Source: an uncultured virus (IMG/VR IMGVR_UViG_3300024346_000043)
Lineage: Duplodnaviria; Heunggongvirae; Uroviricota; Caudoviricetes
DNA: 64,000 nucleotides
Reading direction: 5' to 3' (one strand)
IMG/VR virus record: IMGVR_UViG_3300024346_000043
Made by a program: the position numbers and the translations under genes. Positions 47,280 through 55,906 of this stretch are shown one piece after another. Each line of letters begins with the position of its first letter. The first letter of the stretch is position 1. The notes beneath the pieces are model-generated. The model had not been told where the DNA came from. It did not search any database and saw only the letters and a program-made list of their open reading frames with translations.

Positions 47280-49133
47280 TTAATACGTTCCGCCGTCTAC
47301 AGTAGCTAGAGTAACAAAACCTGTAGCCGCATTTACTCCAAAAGTTTCAACATCAAAAAATGCCAAACCTTTTGTAGTTGTTGAAGCATTAGGAATAGTT
47401 TGATTACTTACTGCAGTAATCAAACCTTTACCATTAACTGTAATTTGTGGAATAGTTAGTGTAGTACCAAAACTACCTGTATTAGTATTTACAGTTGCCA
47501 ATGTAAGTGTAGGTTGTCTAGCTGTAGAGCCGTCAACAGTAAATATTGGGGCAGTAACGTCGCCAACAAAACTTATGTTAATTGGGGCAGCCCACTTAGT
47601 AGCAGTATCAGCATTGCCGTAAAGACTACCGTAAACTCCAAGTGCTGCATTAAATTTCTTATTTACGTTCCAGCTATCGTCGGCTGAACCATATGTAATT
47701 TCAGCTGGAAGAGTTGGGCCGATAACTGTAATACCACCACCATTTGCTTGAGCGGCATCTTGTGCGCTGTTGGCTAATGTAATATTTTTATCGCCAATTG
47801 AAACAATAGTAGAATTTACAGTAGTAGTAACACCTTCAACTGTTAAGTTACCTGTAATAACAGCATTACCATTTACAATAATATCCGCAACACTAGCATT
47901 TCCAGAAGTAAGTGCTCCTACAATACTAATTGTTCCTGCTGCAACATTACCTGTAACTGCTAGAGCACCTAGTGACCCACTACCCGCCATAGCAACAGTA
48001 ATTGTATTAGTTGTATCATCAATACTTGTAGTAACACCACCGCTACCAATAATACGTAAACTGTCACTTAATAAGTTTAATGTTCCTACTGTACCAGCAG
48101 CATCACCACGAAAGCTTAGTGTAGTCGCAACATTTGCAGTAGTAATACCTGTTACTAAACCTTTTGCATTTACAGTAACTACTGGGATTGCTGTGGCTGA
48201 TCCAAATGCACCAGGAACTTTACCAGTAGTACCATCTAGTACTGTTGCTAAAGTAAGTACTGGGGTTAGATTTGTGGAACCGTCAATAGTAAATGTTGGA
48301 GTACTAGCATCGCCGCTAAATGTTGCGTTAATTGTTGAGGCCCATTTTGTAGCTGTGTCTGCGTTTCCAACAACAGCTCCTGTATGAGTACCAGCACTGT
48401 TGCCGGTTAGATTACCTGTTACGTTACCAGTCACATTACCAGTGTGAATACCTGCACTATTACCAGTTAAATCACCAGTTACATTACCAGTTACATTACC
48501 AGTTACATTACCAGTTACATTACCAATAACAGCCCCTGTATGAGTTCCAGCACTATTGCCAGTTAAATTACCTGTTACGTTACCTGTTACATTACCAGTT
48601 ACGTTACCAGTAATACCACCACTAACACTACCATAAAATATTGAATCAGTACCGTCTGTGCCAGCTTCTAGAACTTTATAAGTGCCGTTAGCTGCGTATA
48701 CATCGCCAGTAACATTACCTGTTAAATTACCAGTTACATTACCAGTTACATTACCAGTTACATTACCAGTTACATTACCAGTTACATTACCTGTATGAAT
48801 ACCTGCACTATTACCTATTAAGTTACCTGTAACATTGCCAGTAATATTAAGAAATGCAGTATTAGTTCCATCTCGCTTTACAAGAGTACCAAATGTACCT
48901 ACACTAGTAGCAGCATCAATAATATCTGTAAAATATTTACCACCAATTGCAATCGGGGCCGCAGCTGCCGACAGTAAATCACTATTAGCGCCCATGCCGC
49001 CAACAAATAACCTACCACCTTGATTTGCATCAGTACCAGTACCAAATGTATACGCCAGTTCGCCAGTATTTAATAGTGCTGGTGCAATGGAAGTACTACT
49101 TCTTTTAATCTTTATCGTTGATTTATCAGCCAT
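47280..49133 (-). CDS. Tail fibre stalk protein with GNVT tetrapeptide repeats
   Basis: N-terminal IKIKRSST...TGELAY, GNVT/GNLT tracts, two IPxxTVNxKGLxT repeats, C-terminal DGGTY. Confidence 0.8.
   Translation of the reverse strand: MADKSTIKIKRSSTSIAPALLNTGELAYTFGTGTDANQGGRLFVGGMGANSDLLSAAAAPIAIGGKYFTDIIDAATSVGTFGTLVKRDGTNTAFLNITGNVTGNLIGNSAGIHTGNVTGNVTGNVTGNVTGNVTGNLTGNVTGDVYAANGTYKVLEAGTDGTDSIFYGSVSGGITGNVTGNVTGNVTGNLTGNSAGTHTGAVIGNVTGNVTGNVTGNVTGDLTGNSAGIHTGNVTGNVTGNLTGNSAGTHTGAVVGNADTATKWASTINATFSGDASTPTFTIDGSTNLTPVLTLATVLDGTTGKVPGAFGSATAIPVVTVNAKGLVTGITTANVATTLSFRGDAAGTVGTLNLLSDSLRIIGSGGVTTSIDDTTNTITVAMAGSGSLGALAVTGNVAAGTISIVGALTSGNASVADIIVNGNAVITGNLTVEGVTTTVNSTIVSIGDKNITLANSAQDAAQANGGGITVIGPTLPAEITYGSADDSWNVNKKFNAALGVYGSLYGNADTATKWAAPINISFVGDVTAPIFTVDGSTARQPTLTLATVNTNTGSFGTTLTIPQITVNGKGLITAVSNQTIPNASTTTKGLAFFDVETFGVNAATGFVTLATVDGGTY
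48400..48850 (-). repeat. 12-bp tandem repeats encoding GNVT/GNLT (two tracts)
   Basis: Runs of accagttacatt units. Confidence 0.9.
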
Positions 49134-49144
49134 TTTCTCTTCCT

Positions 49145-49408
49145 TTAAAAGAATCCGCCTTCCATCGTCTGCTGTTCAAGCAGCTTCGATGAAGTCCATT
49201 TACTTGTTCCAGAGTTATATACCAGTAAGCTGCCTGTAGCTAAAGTAGTAGTATCAACATCTGATAGCCCTTTGATAGTAGTTTGTGTTGGGCCTATCAT
49301 GCCCCCAACTACCACTCGTGTTTCACTTTGTGACGAAACAACTGTTGGCTCCGTCTTTTCAATAATAACCGCATTATTAATTTCGGTTATAATTATTTCG
49401 GTTGTCAT
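49145..49408 (-). CDS. 87-aa fibre adaptor-like protein
   Basis: One LSDVD...LLVYN...KW repeat like those in the collagen protein; C-terminal EGGFF. Confidence 0.7.
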   Translation of the reverse strand: MTTEIIITEINNAVIIEKTEPTVVSSQSETRVVVGGMIGPTQTTIKGLSDVDTTTLATGSLLVYNSGTSKWTSSKLLEQQTMEGGFF

Positions 49409-50001
49409 CTTGTGACCTCCTTAATCAAGCTAATACTACCGTTCAGGAACTGAAAAACATTGCTTTGAGCATCTGTTAATTCCATTGAGTACACCGCTGA
49501 GTCAAAATTAAATGTAGCGGTTAGAGCTGCAGTTAAATTAATTGATATAACAGAATTTACTGGTTCAATAATAATACGACTATTAGCAGTCGTTAATTCA
49601 GCAATAACTGTTGTTGACTCTAGGGTTTCGCGTATTTGCATTTGCGCAGTATATCCTGTTAGTGGTACAGGCATATTCCATGAAAGAATACCCCCACCAG
49701 TATACGCTGCGTAGGCAGCTGAATTTACTTGGTTTAAAGTTAATGTGTTACTAGTTTTGCTAGTTACTAAATAATAAGCGTCATCTGCAACAGTATTAAT
49801 ATCTCTCATACCTAAAGCACCAGCTATTCTAATTCTCCAATTAATAGGCACAGTATGTGCGCTAGTAGTTGTAATCACACAAGGTGCTGCTTGAGTAATT
49901 GCTGAAATCGGTGCGTATTGCTTAGTTTCTGACTCCCAACGAAGAGTTTCGGTAAAAGTACTACCTTGATAAATTCTATAATTAATTCGTGCTGGTTCCA
50001 T
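49405..50001 (-). CDS. LtfC/p132-like collar (side-fibre attachment) protein
   Basis: IYQGSTF...PLTGYTAQMQIR...AVYSMEL...EVTR pattern; position between central fibre and side fibres as in T5. Confidence 0.65.
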   Translation of the reverse strand: MEPARINYRIYQGSTFTETLRWESETKQYAPISAITQAAPCVITTTSAHTVPINWRIRIAGALGMRDINTVADDAYYLVTSKTSNTLTLNQVNSAAYAAYTGGGILSWNMPVPLTGYTAQMQIRETLESTTVIAELTTANSRIIIEPVNSVISINLTAALTATFNFDSAVYSMELTDAQSNVFQFLNGSISLIKEVTR

Positions 50002-50005
50002 TATC

Positions 50006-50356
50006 TTACCCTAATTTCTTTGCAGCCGATATCGTAGCCGATACTCGGAATTTATTAACTTCTTGTGTTAGTGCAACAACTTCGGTTTGTAGTTGCTGAT
50101 TTTCAATGCATAACTGTGCTAGTTGTGCATTTAGTAAAATCATCTCTTGCTGTAAGCGATTTAATTCGGTTGCTAGTAAGCCGTTTTGTTCACTCATGCG
50201 TTCTAGCTCTGTATGCATTAAAGTAATTACGCTAGTTTCAGCATTAGTACTTTTCCAGTCTTTTAACAATTTCTGTATTCCAACTGAGAAAGCAACAACT
50301 GCTAACGCAACTAGTGAAATTGTCTGAATAAAACTGTGGTCATTAATCTCCACCAT
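50006..50356 (-). CDS. Single-TM coiled-coil protein
   Basis: TM helix near the N-terminus, long heptad repeat; TAAGGAG SD. Confidence 0.7.
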   Translation of the reverse strand: MVEINDHSFIQTISLVALAVVAFSVGIQKLLKDWKSTNAETSVITLMHTELERMSEQNGLLATELNRLQQEMILLNAQLAQLCIENQQLQTEVVALTQEVNKFRVSATISAAKKLG

Positions 50357-50479
50357 AATCAGATCTCCTTATTAGCAGGTGTTTAATATTTAATTATAAT
50401 CTAAACGGGAAGTCTGCCTTTTAGATTGGGATAAAAGCTTGTCAAGAAAAAATATTGGAATGTTCTGACATTTTGGTAT

Positions 50480-50508
50480 ATTATACCACAAGGGCGCGGA
50501 CTTGTCAA
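50480..50508 (-). promoter_or_regulatory. Consensus sigma70 promoter for the side-fibre operon
   Basis: Minus strand TTGACA-17 bp-TATAAT, with TGG extended -10. Confidence 0.88.
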
Positions 50509-50511
50509 TGC

Positions 50512-50546
50512 AAAAAAATACCCTGCCCAAAGATTGGACAGGGTAT
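50512..50546 (-). terminator. Intrinsic terminator after the tail-tip operon
   Basis: ATACCCTGTCCAA-TCT-TTGGGCAGGGTAT stem followed by a T run. Confidence 0.88.
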
Positions 50547-50551
50547 AGTTT

Positions 50552-53500
50552 TTAACCACAAAGATAAGTACAAGCAATCATTTTAACTTCTGTAGGAGAA
50601 CTGAATGTAACGCTTTCACGAGCTTTAGCAACGGTATAAGATCTAATAAGATCATCGTCTTGTTTCATACCTTTACCAGGAATAGAACTAGTAGTAACTA
50701 AGTCTCCTGCTTCAATGTTTCCATTTTCTCCACATACATTTACTTGACCTTCGCCTAGTGAATTAATTAAAACAAATTCTTCTGTGTTTTGCAACACATA
50801 AGATTCTGATGGGCCTACGGTATTTGTTGTCATTCCTACAGCAATATCTTGTTCCATAGTTGAAGGAGGTGTTATAGTATGTGCAGGAGAAAGAGTTTCT
50901 TTTGGGTCTAGTCCTACGTATACTCCAATAACAGTTTTTTGTCTTGGCATAGTAGACAAACTTTGTTTTAACAAAGTAGCACTAACAGTGTCTCTTGTTA
51001 ATAGTACTGTATCTACTACTATATCTCCTACTTGTATTGCAGCAGGATTTTCCATAACTCCGGTATGTTGTCCTGTAAAAGGTGCAAAACCATCGTAGGA
51101 ATATACCCCGCCTAAACCTTGAGGACACTCTAAGGCATAATTTGGAGTACACAAATAAGCTGACTTATCGTTAGCCCCAGTAGTTGTAAATTTAGCAAAT
51201 ACTGCAGCATAGTTTTGATCCGGTCTCACTTCCTCTGAAGGGCTTAATAGTGTTTGATATTTTACTTGCGTATTGCTGTTAGCATACCAAGAAGTAGCTA
51301 TCATTCCGTACTGTGTATTAGCCCCTGTAAAATCAGTATTTAGAGCTCCTAAATTATTAGTAGTATTATTATAACTGGCTGGCTTTAAAGATTTAGCGTA
51401 AATACCTGAAGCAGACTGCCCTAAAGCACCGAGTGTTTTAATATTAACAACGTTAATATTAAAGGCACTATAACCAAGAACACCAAACCCATCAGGAGAA
51501 CTAGAGCCTCCTCCTATGCCATGAGCATATCCAGTAGTCCCATAGTTATAACCTACCAAAGCCCACTTGTCTGCTCCATTTGCTGTAAATACTGCGGTTG
51601 TTGGAAAAACCAAGAAAGTTTGATCTCCTAGACTAAAAGTTCCCGCAGTTGCCGCAGTTGCCGCAGTTGTACCATTAGTAATCCTATTAGCACTTAGTGT
51701 ATTAGCAATAATACGATCACCGCTAATTGAGTTTTGTACAACTAGTGAGCCAGTAATATATGATGATTGTAATGCCCAAGTTGCATTAAAACCGTTAGAA
51801 GTTGCGCGATATGCTGTTGAATTATTGCCAGCATTATAACTAATAGTAGCAATATCTCCTGTAACTGCGTAGCGTTTGTTTCCTAAAGCTGCGTAAACTT
51901 CGGGTCCGGTTGGAACGCCAGAATCGTTAGTAACGCGTGTAATTATAAAGCTAGAAGCACCGTTTTCACCGTTTACTCCGTCGTCTCCGTCTATACCATT
52001 AGTACCAGGATTTCCGTTAGTACCATTAGTACCATTAGTACCATTTGTACCATTAATACTAGTAGCACGTATAGTGTAAGTAGTATTAGTCCAATCTAAA
52101 GTACTTGAGGTTGTTGTAGCTGCTACAGTTAAGGGTACTGTGATTTCATAAAGCTTATACCCTGGGGTGGTATTATTAGGAGCTATAGTATCCCACCCAC
52201 TAGGGGCTGCGTAATACCCGTTAGACCATGCATACGTAGAAGTAGTGGTAGGTCTTGCAGGAGTATTTATAGCCCACTGATAAATAGTAGGGTAGGCACT
52301 CATTATTCCATTAGCACCTGCTTGTCCTGCGGTACCTTGCTCTGTAACACTAATATATCTAGTAAAACTTACAGTACTGGCTTGATTAGATCCACCTACT
52401 GTTAGTACGACAGTAATACCGGCACTACTACTAGTTGGCGTAATAACTATTGAACTGCCATTACCTGTGGCCGGAGTTGCGCCAGTAACAGACCAAGCAT
52501 ACGTTGGAGCAGTAATATTTTGTGTTATAGCCGTTAAAGTAACATTAGTGGGAGTAAATGCCCCACCACTATTTTTATAAAAACTACCTGTTCCACTAAT
52601 ATCTACAAAAGGTCCTGCTGCTCCATTATTGCCATTAGTTCCATCAACACCAGGCTTAATACCAATCATAGACATTACATCTGAAGCTAGTATTGTGCCT
52701 GTGTTAGCACCTTCTCGGATTTTTACAGAGATCTGCTGAGGCATAGAGGTATATGCAGCAGCAGGAGTATATGTATAAGTATTAGCCGTAGTATTTTGTA
52801 CAGATGTAGTACCTACAAGAAATTCATAGTATACACTTCCAGTAGTATTTTGTGCAGTAGCAGTTACTACTGAACTGCTGGGTGAAGGAGTTATTCCTGC
52901 ACTATTATATGCAAAAGCTTGTGCCGTCATTGATAAATCAACTGAGCGAGCTGCAATTCCTGTAGGCCCAGCTTTAGACTTAGCAATACTATACTCTTTA
53001 GTTATTGTTACTGTACCGTATGTTGCAGTTAGGGTAGCTGTGCCAGTATCTGCGCTCATAGCAGATATGCTATAAACACCTGTTTGAAGTATTGAAACTG
53101 ATACTCCTGACTGATTAGTTACACTATAAGTTATTCCAGAACCTGTTTTTTCAACAATACCGTCAAATACTTTAAAAGTACCTCCAGTACCAGTAAAGCT
53201 ACTAACAGTACCTGCATTATCTGCAGTAACTACACTAGCTTCATTAGTTAAGAAACCACTAACTGCATTAGTACCATTAGTACCATTTGTACCATTTGTA
53301 CCATTTGTACCATCTGTACCATTTGTACCATTTTTAGATTTATTTAGTGTAAATACTTTATCTAAAGTAGTAGTTCCGATTGTAGCCCTATATGTTGCGG
53401 TTCCAGCATCCGCACTAATTCCTGTAATTGATATAATACCTGTAGTACTAACAATAGTACTAGTCATACCTGTTTCTGACACTTTTGACCACGTAACACC

Positions 53501-55897
53501 ATCAGCATTTGTTAACGGAGTAGTGCCTCTAACAACTACTAATTGGCTGCTAAGAGGAAATTGTCCTGCTATAGGTGTGCCAGCAGTATCACAAGTAATA
53601 GTTTGATTTTCATTAACCAAACCAGCGTTTAAACTGTCGTCACCTTCTTTTAATGCATAAACAGTAATTTGATCTGCTACAGTTCTGCTATTACCTGTAG
53701 CTTCCAGTCTTACTAATTTAGTACCGCTAGAAAAACTAGGCAAAGTAAATGTAGCATTAGTTTGACCAGTTTGTGTAGTAAAAGTGGTACCGTTATCAGT
53801 AGATACTTTCCATACATATGCAGGACTAGCACCTAAATTAAACGGAGAACCTGTAAAAGTTATTATACTAGGAGATATTACACCCGTATTTTTAGCTGCC
53901 GCAAATACTTGACCTGTTGCGGTAAGAACTATATTAGATCCAGGATTACCATCTACTGATTTATTTAAACTTAAAGTTTTTGTTTGAGTTACCCCGTTAA
54001 CAGTTGCATTAAATACTGCTTCTGCAAAAGCATTGCTCAAACTATTAATAGTAACTAATCCTGTAGCATCAATGCTAAAGGATCCTGCGTCGCCGCCAGT
54101 ATAACTTATTTTTGCAAATGTTGCTTGGGGATTAGTTGTGTTATCTAATAATCTTTCGCCTAATGCAGCATATAATTTAGAAGTAAAGGGGAATTGTCCT
54201 GCTATTGGTGTACCGCTACTATCACAACTAATTGTCTGATTTTCATTAGACAAACCAACTGTAAAAGCATCATCTCCTTCTTTTATACTATAAACTGAAA
54301 AAGTATCAAATGAACTGTAAACATCTTCTGTGGCAGTAGCGGTAATAGTTTTTCTAGAACCTGCTGCAAAACTGTTAAGTACAAAAGTGTTACCACTGGC
54401 TGTACCAATAGCCGCACTTGGTGCTATTCCGTCAACTAACCAAGTATAGGTTGGACTAATAAAATTACTTTGTGTAGCAGTAAGTACTATTGTTGAGGGA
54501 CTTACTGTACTACTATTTTTAGCAGTAATAAACGCTTGTGCAGTTGCAGTTAAATCTACTGATCTAGCGGTAGCTCCGTCTACCCCTTGTTTTGCTTTGG
54601 CAAAACTTTGCGTAGTGACTACATCTACAGTTACACCTGTAGTAGTAATTATTCTTATAGTATAGTCAATAGTTGCTACATCTGCAGTCATTGCAGCATG
54701 TGTATCATAATAAATATAGTTTGACCCAATTTGTGGTGTAGTATCTGCAGTAATACCTAAAGAATTTACTGATACTACACGCCAAGTTCCGTTTGAGTAT
54801 GGACTAACATTGTCAACTGGTAAATATGCTGAACCTTCTAAAACTTTAAGAATAGTTCCGCTACCAGTATAACTAGCATTTACTGTTGTTCCGGCAGTAG
54901 TTGCTGGTATAGTATGGGATTCATTGCTAGAAACTGCTGTAACTTGCTCAGTACCGTCATTGGTTCTAAAAATACTCATTGTATCTGAGGTAGTTCCAAG
55001 TGTAGCAGTAATTCTAGCATTTCCTATGGTTACACCTTTTGCATCAAAATTTGCAGGTGTAATAGTAATAATGTTATTATTTTGAGTGAAAGCAACAACA
55101 CCTAACGACACTCCTGCTCGAGTAAACCCAGTTACTGTAAATGTAGGGGTGCCGGTAAGGTTTGTTAAATTAGCAGTTACAATTATAGATGAGCTTACTG
55201 AGGCTGTAGAATATTGATCTTTGTAAGCAAATTGATTAGCAGTAGCTGTTAAGTTAAGTATAGGCGCAGTTTGGCCTGCCTGTGCTTTGTAGACATTCCA
55301 TACTGCTTCTAACGTTATTCCGCCGTAAGTAGCAGTAAAAGTAACATTACCTGATGTTGCGGAAAGACCAGTACAAGAGTAAACTCCTGTACTGGCGTTA
55401 ATAACTACTCCAGTAAGATTAGTAGTACTACTTGCTTTAATAGCATAAACAGGGCCTGTAGTAGTTACGTCTTCTATGCCACTATATACTTTAAAAGTCC
55501 CAGTAGCTTGTGTAAAGTCTCCTCCAGTACCGTCTGTAGCTGTTGCAATAGGTACTGGATCATTTGTTAGGTACCCATAAACAGTTGTGCTATCAGCAAG
55601 AACTACTGCACTTAACTCAGAAGATATTGTGTATACCGCTGGATCGATAGCACTAATAAAAGCATACCTTACATAATACCTAGTTGCTGGAGTTAGTCCC
55701 GTAATAGGTACTGATAATCCTACTCCATCAAAAATTAAAGTACCTTGATTATTTGCTGGGTTAAATCCAGTTGTAGTAGAGTACCATACTTTAACAGACG
55801 ATAGGTCGTCTCTAATATCTGTTGTTCTAACTGTATCGTATGGAGTAGTTAATACTAAATGTAGAGATTTTACGCCTGCGTATAAATTTGCCGCCAT
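50552..55897 (-). CDS. Large repeat fibre protein with FN3-like N-terminus and C-terminal autocleaving-chaperone (peptidase G2-like) domain
   Basis: Five xNE/ND-x-T repeat modules, NGT tracts; C-terminal FTGQH...LGEGQVNVCGENGNIEAGD...GMKQ...ACTYLCG. Confidence 0.75.
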   Translation of the reverse strand: MAANLYAGVKSLHLVLTTPYDTVRTTDIRDDLSSVKVWYSTTTGFNPANNQGTLIFDGVGLSVPITGLTPATRYYVRYAFISAIDPAVYTISSELSAVVLADSTTVYGYLTNDPVPIATATDGTGGDFTQATGTFKVYSGIEDVTTTGPVYAIKASSTTNLTGVVINASTGVYSCTGLSATSGNVTFTATYGGITLEAVWNVYKAQAGQTAPILNLTATANQFAYKDQYSTASVSSSIIVTANLTNLTGTPTFTVTGFTRAGVSLGVVAFTQNNNIITITPANFDAKGVTIGNARITATLGTTSDTMSIFRTNDGTEQVTAVSSNESHTIPATTAGTTVNASYTGSGTILKVLEGSAYLPVDNVSPYSNGTWRVVSVNSLGITADTTPQIGSNYIYYDTHAAMTADVATIDYTIRIITTTGVTVDVVTTQSFAKAKQGVDGATARSVDLTATAQAFITAKNSSTVSPSTIVLTATQSNFISPTYTWLVDGIAPSAAIGTASGNTFVLNSFAAGSRKTITATATEDVYSSFDTFSVYSIKEGDDAFTVGLSNENQTISCDSSGTPIAGQFPFTSKLYAALGERLLDNTTNPQATFAKISYTGGDAGSFSIDATGLVTINSLSNAFAEAVFNATVNGVTQTKTLSLNKSVDGNPGSNIVLTATGQVFAAAKNTGVISPSIITFTGSPFNLGASPAYVWKVSTDNGTTFTTQTGQTNATFTLPSFSSGTKLVRLEATGNSRTVADQITVYALKEGDDSLNAGLVNENQTITCDTAGTPIAGQFPLSSQLVVVRGTTPLTNADGVTWSKVSETGMTSTIVSTTGIISITGISADAGTATYRATIGTTTLDKVFTLNKSKNGTNGTDGTNGTNGTNGTNGTNAVSGFLTNEASVVTADNAGTVSSFTGTGGTFKVFDGIVEKTGSGITYSVTNQSGVSVSILQTGVYSISAMSADTGTATLTATYGTVTITKEYSIAKSKAGPTGIAARSVDLSMTAQAFAYNSAGITPSPSSSVVTATAQNTTGSVYYEFLVGTTSVQNTTANTYTYTPAAAYTSMPQQISVKIREGANTGTILASDVMSMIGIKPGVDGTNGNNGAAGPFVDISGTGSFYKNSGGAFTPTNVTLTAITQNITAPTYAWSVTGATPATGNGSSIVITPTSSSAGITVVLTVGGSNQASTVSFTRYISVTEQGTAGQAGANGIMSAYPTIYQWAINTPARPTTTSTYAWSNGYYAAPSGWDTIAPNNTTPGYKLYEITVPLTVAATTTSSTLDWTNTTYTIRATSINGTNGTNGTNGTNGNPGTNGIDGDDGVNGENGASSFIITRVTNDSGVPTGPEVYAALGNKRYAVTGDIATISYNAGNNSTAYRATSNGFNATWALQSSYITGSLVVQNSISGDRIIANTLSANRITNGTTAATAATAGTFSLGDQTFLVFPTTAVFTANGADKWALVGYNYGTTGYAHGIGGGSSSPDGFGVLGYSAFNINVVNIKTLGALGQSASGIYAKSLKPASYNNTTNNLGALNTDFTGANTQYGMIATSWYANSNTQVKYQTLLSPSEEVRPDQNYAAVFAKFTTTGANDKSAYLCTPNYALECPQGLGGVYSYDGFAPFTGQHTGVMENPAAIQVGDIVVDTVLLTRDTVSATLLKQSLSTMPRQKTVIGVYVGLDPKETLSPAHTITPPSTMEQDIAVGMTTNTVGPSESYVLQNTEEFVLINSLGEGQVNVCGENGNIEAGDLVTTSSIPGKGMKQDDDLIRSYTVAKARESVTFSSPTEVKMIACTYLCG
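53266..53332 (-). repeat. 9-bp tandem repeat encoding (NGT)n; a second tract lies near 51995-52055
   Basis: accatttgt/accattagt units. Confidence 0.85.
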
Positions 55898-55906
55898 GCT
55901 TATCCT

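Noticed and set aside
20179..49133. Diversity-generating retroelement or invertase shufflon driving adhesin variation
   Set aside because: No reverse transcriptase or recombinase in the window, all cassettes are on one strand, and no near-identical repeat pair with adenine-specific mismatches was seen
42515..53332. Tandem repeats as a CRISPR array
   Set aside because: Units are 9 or 12 bp, in frame within coding sequence, without unique spacers; no cas genes
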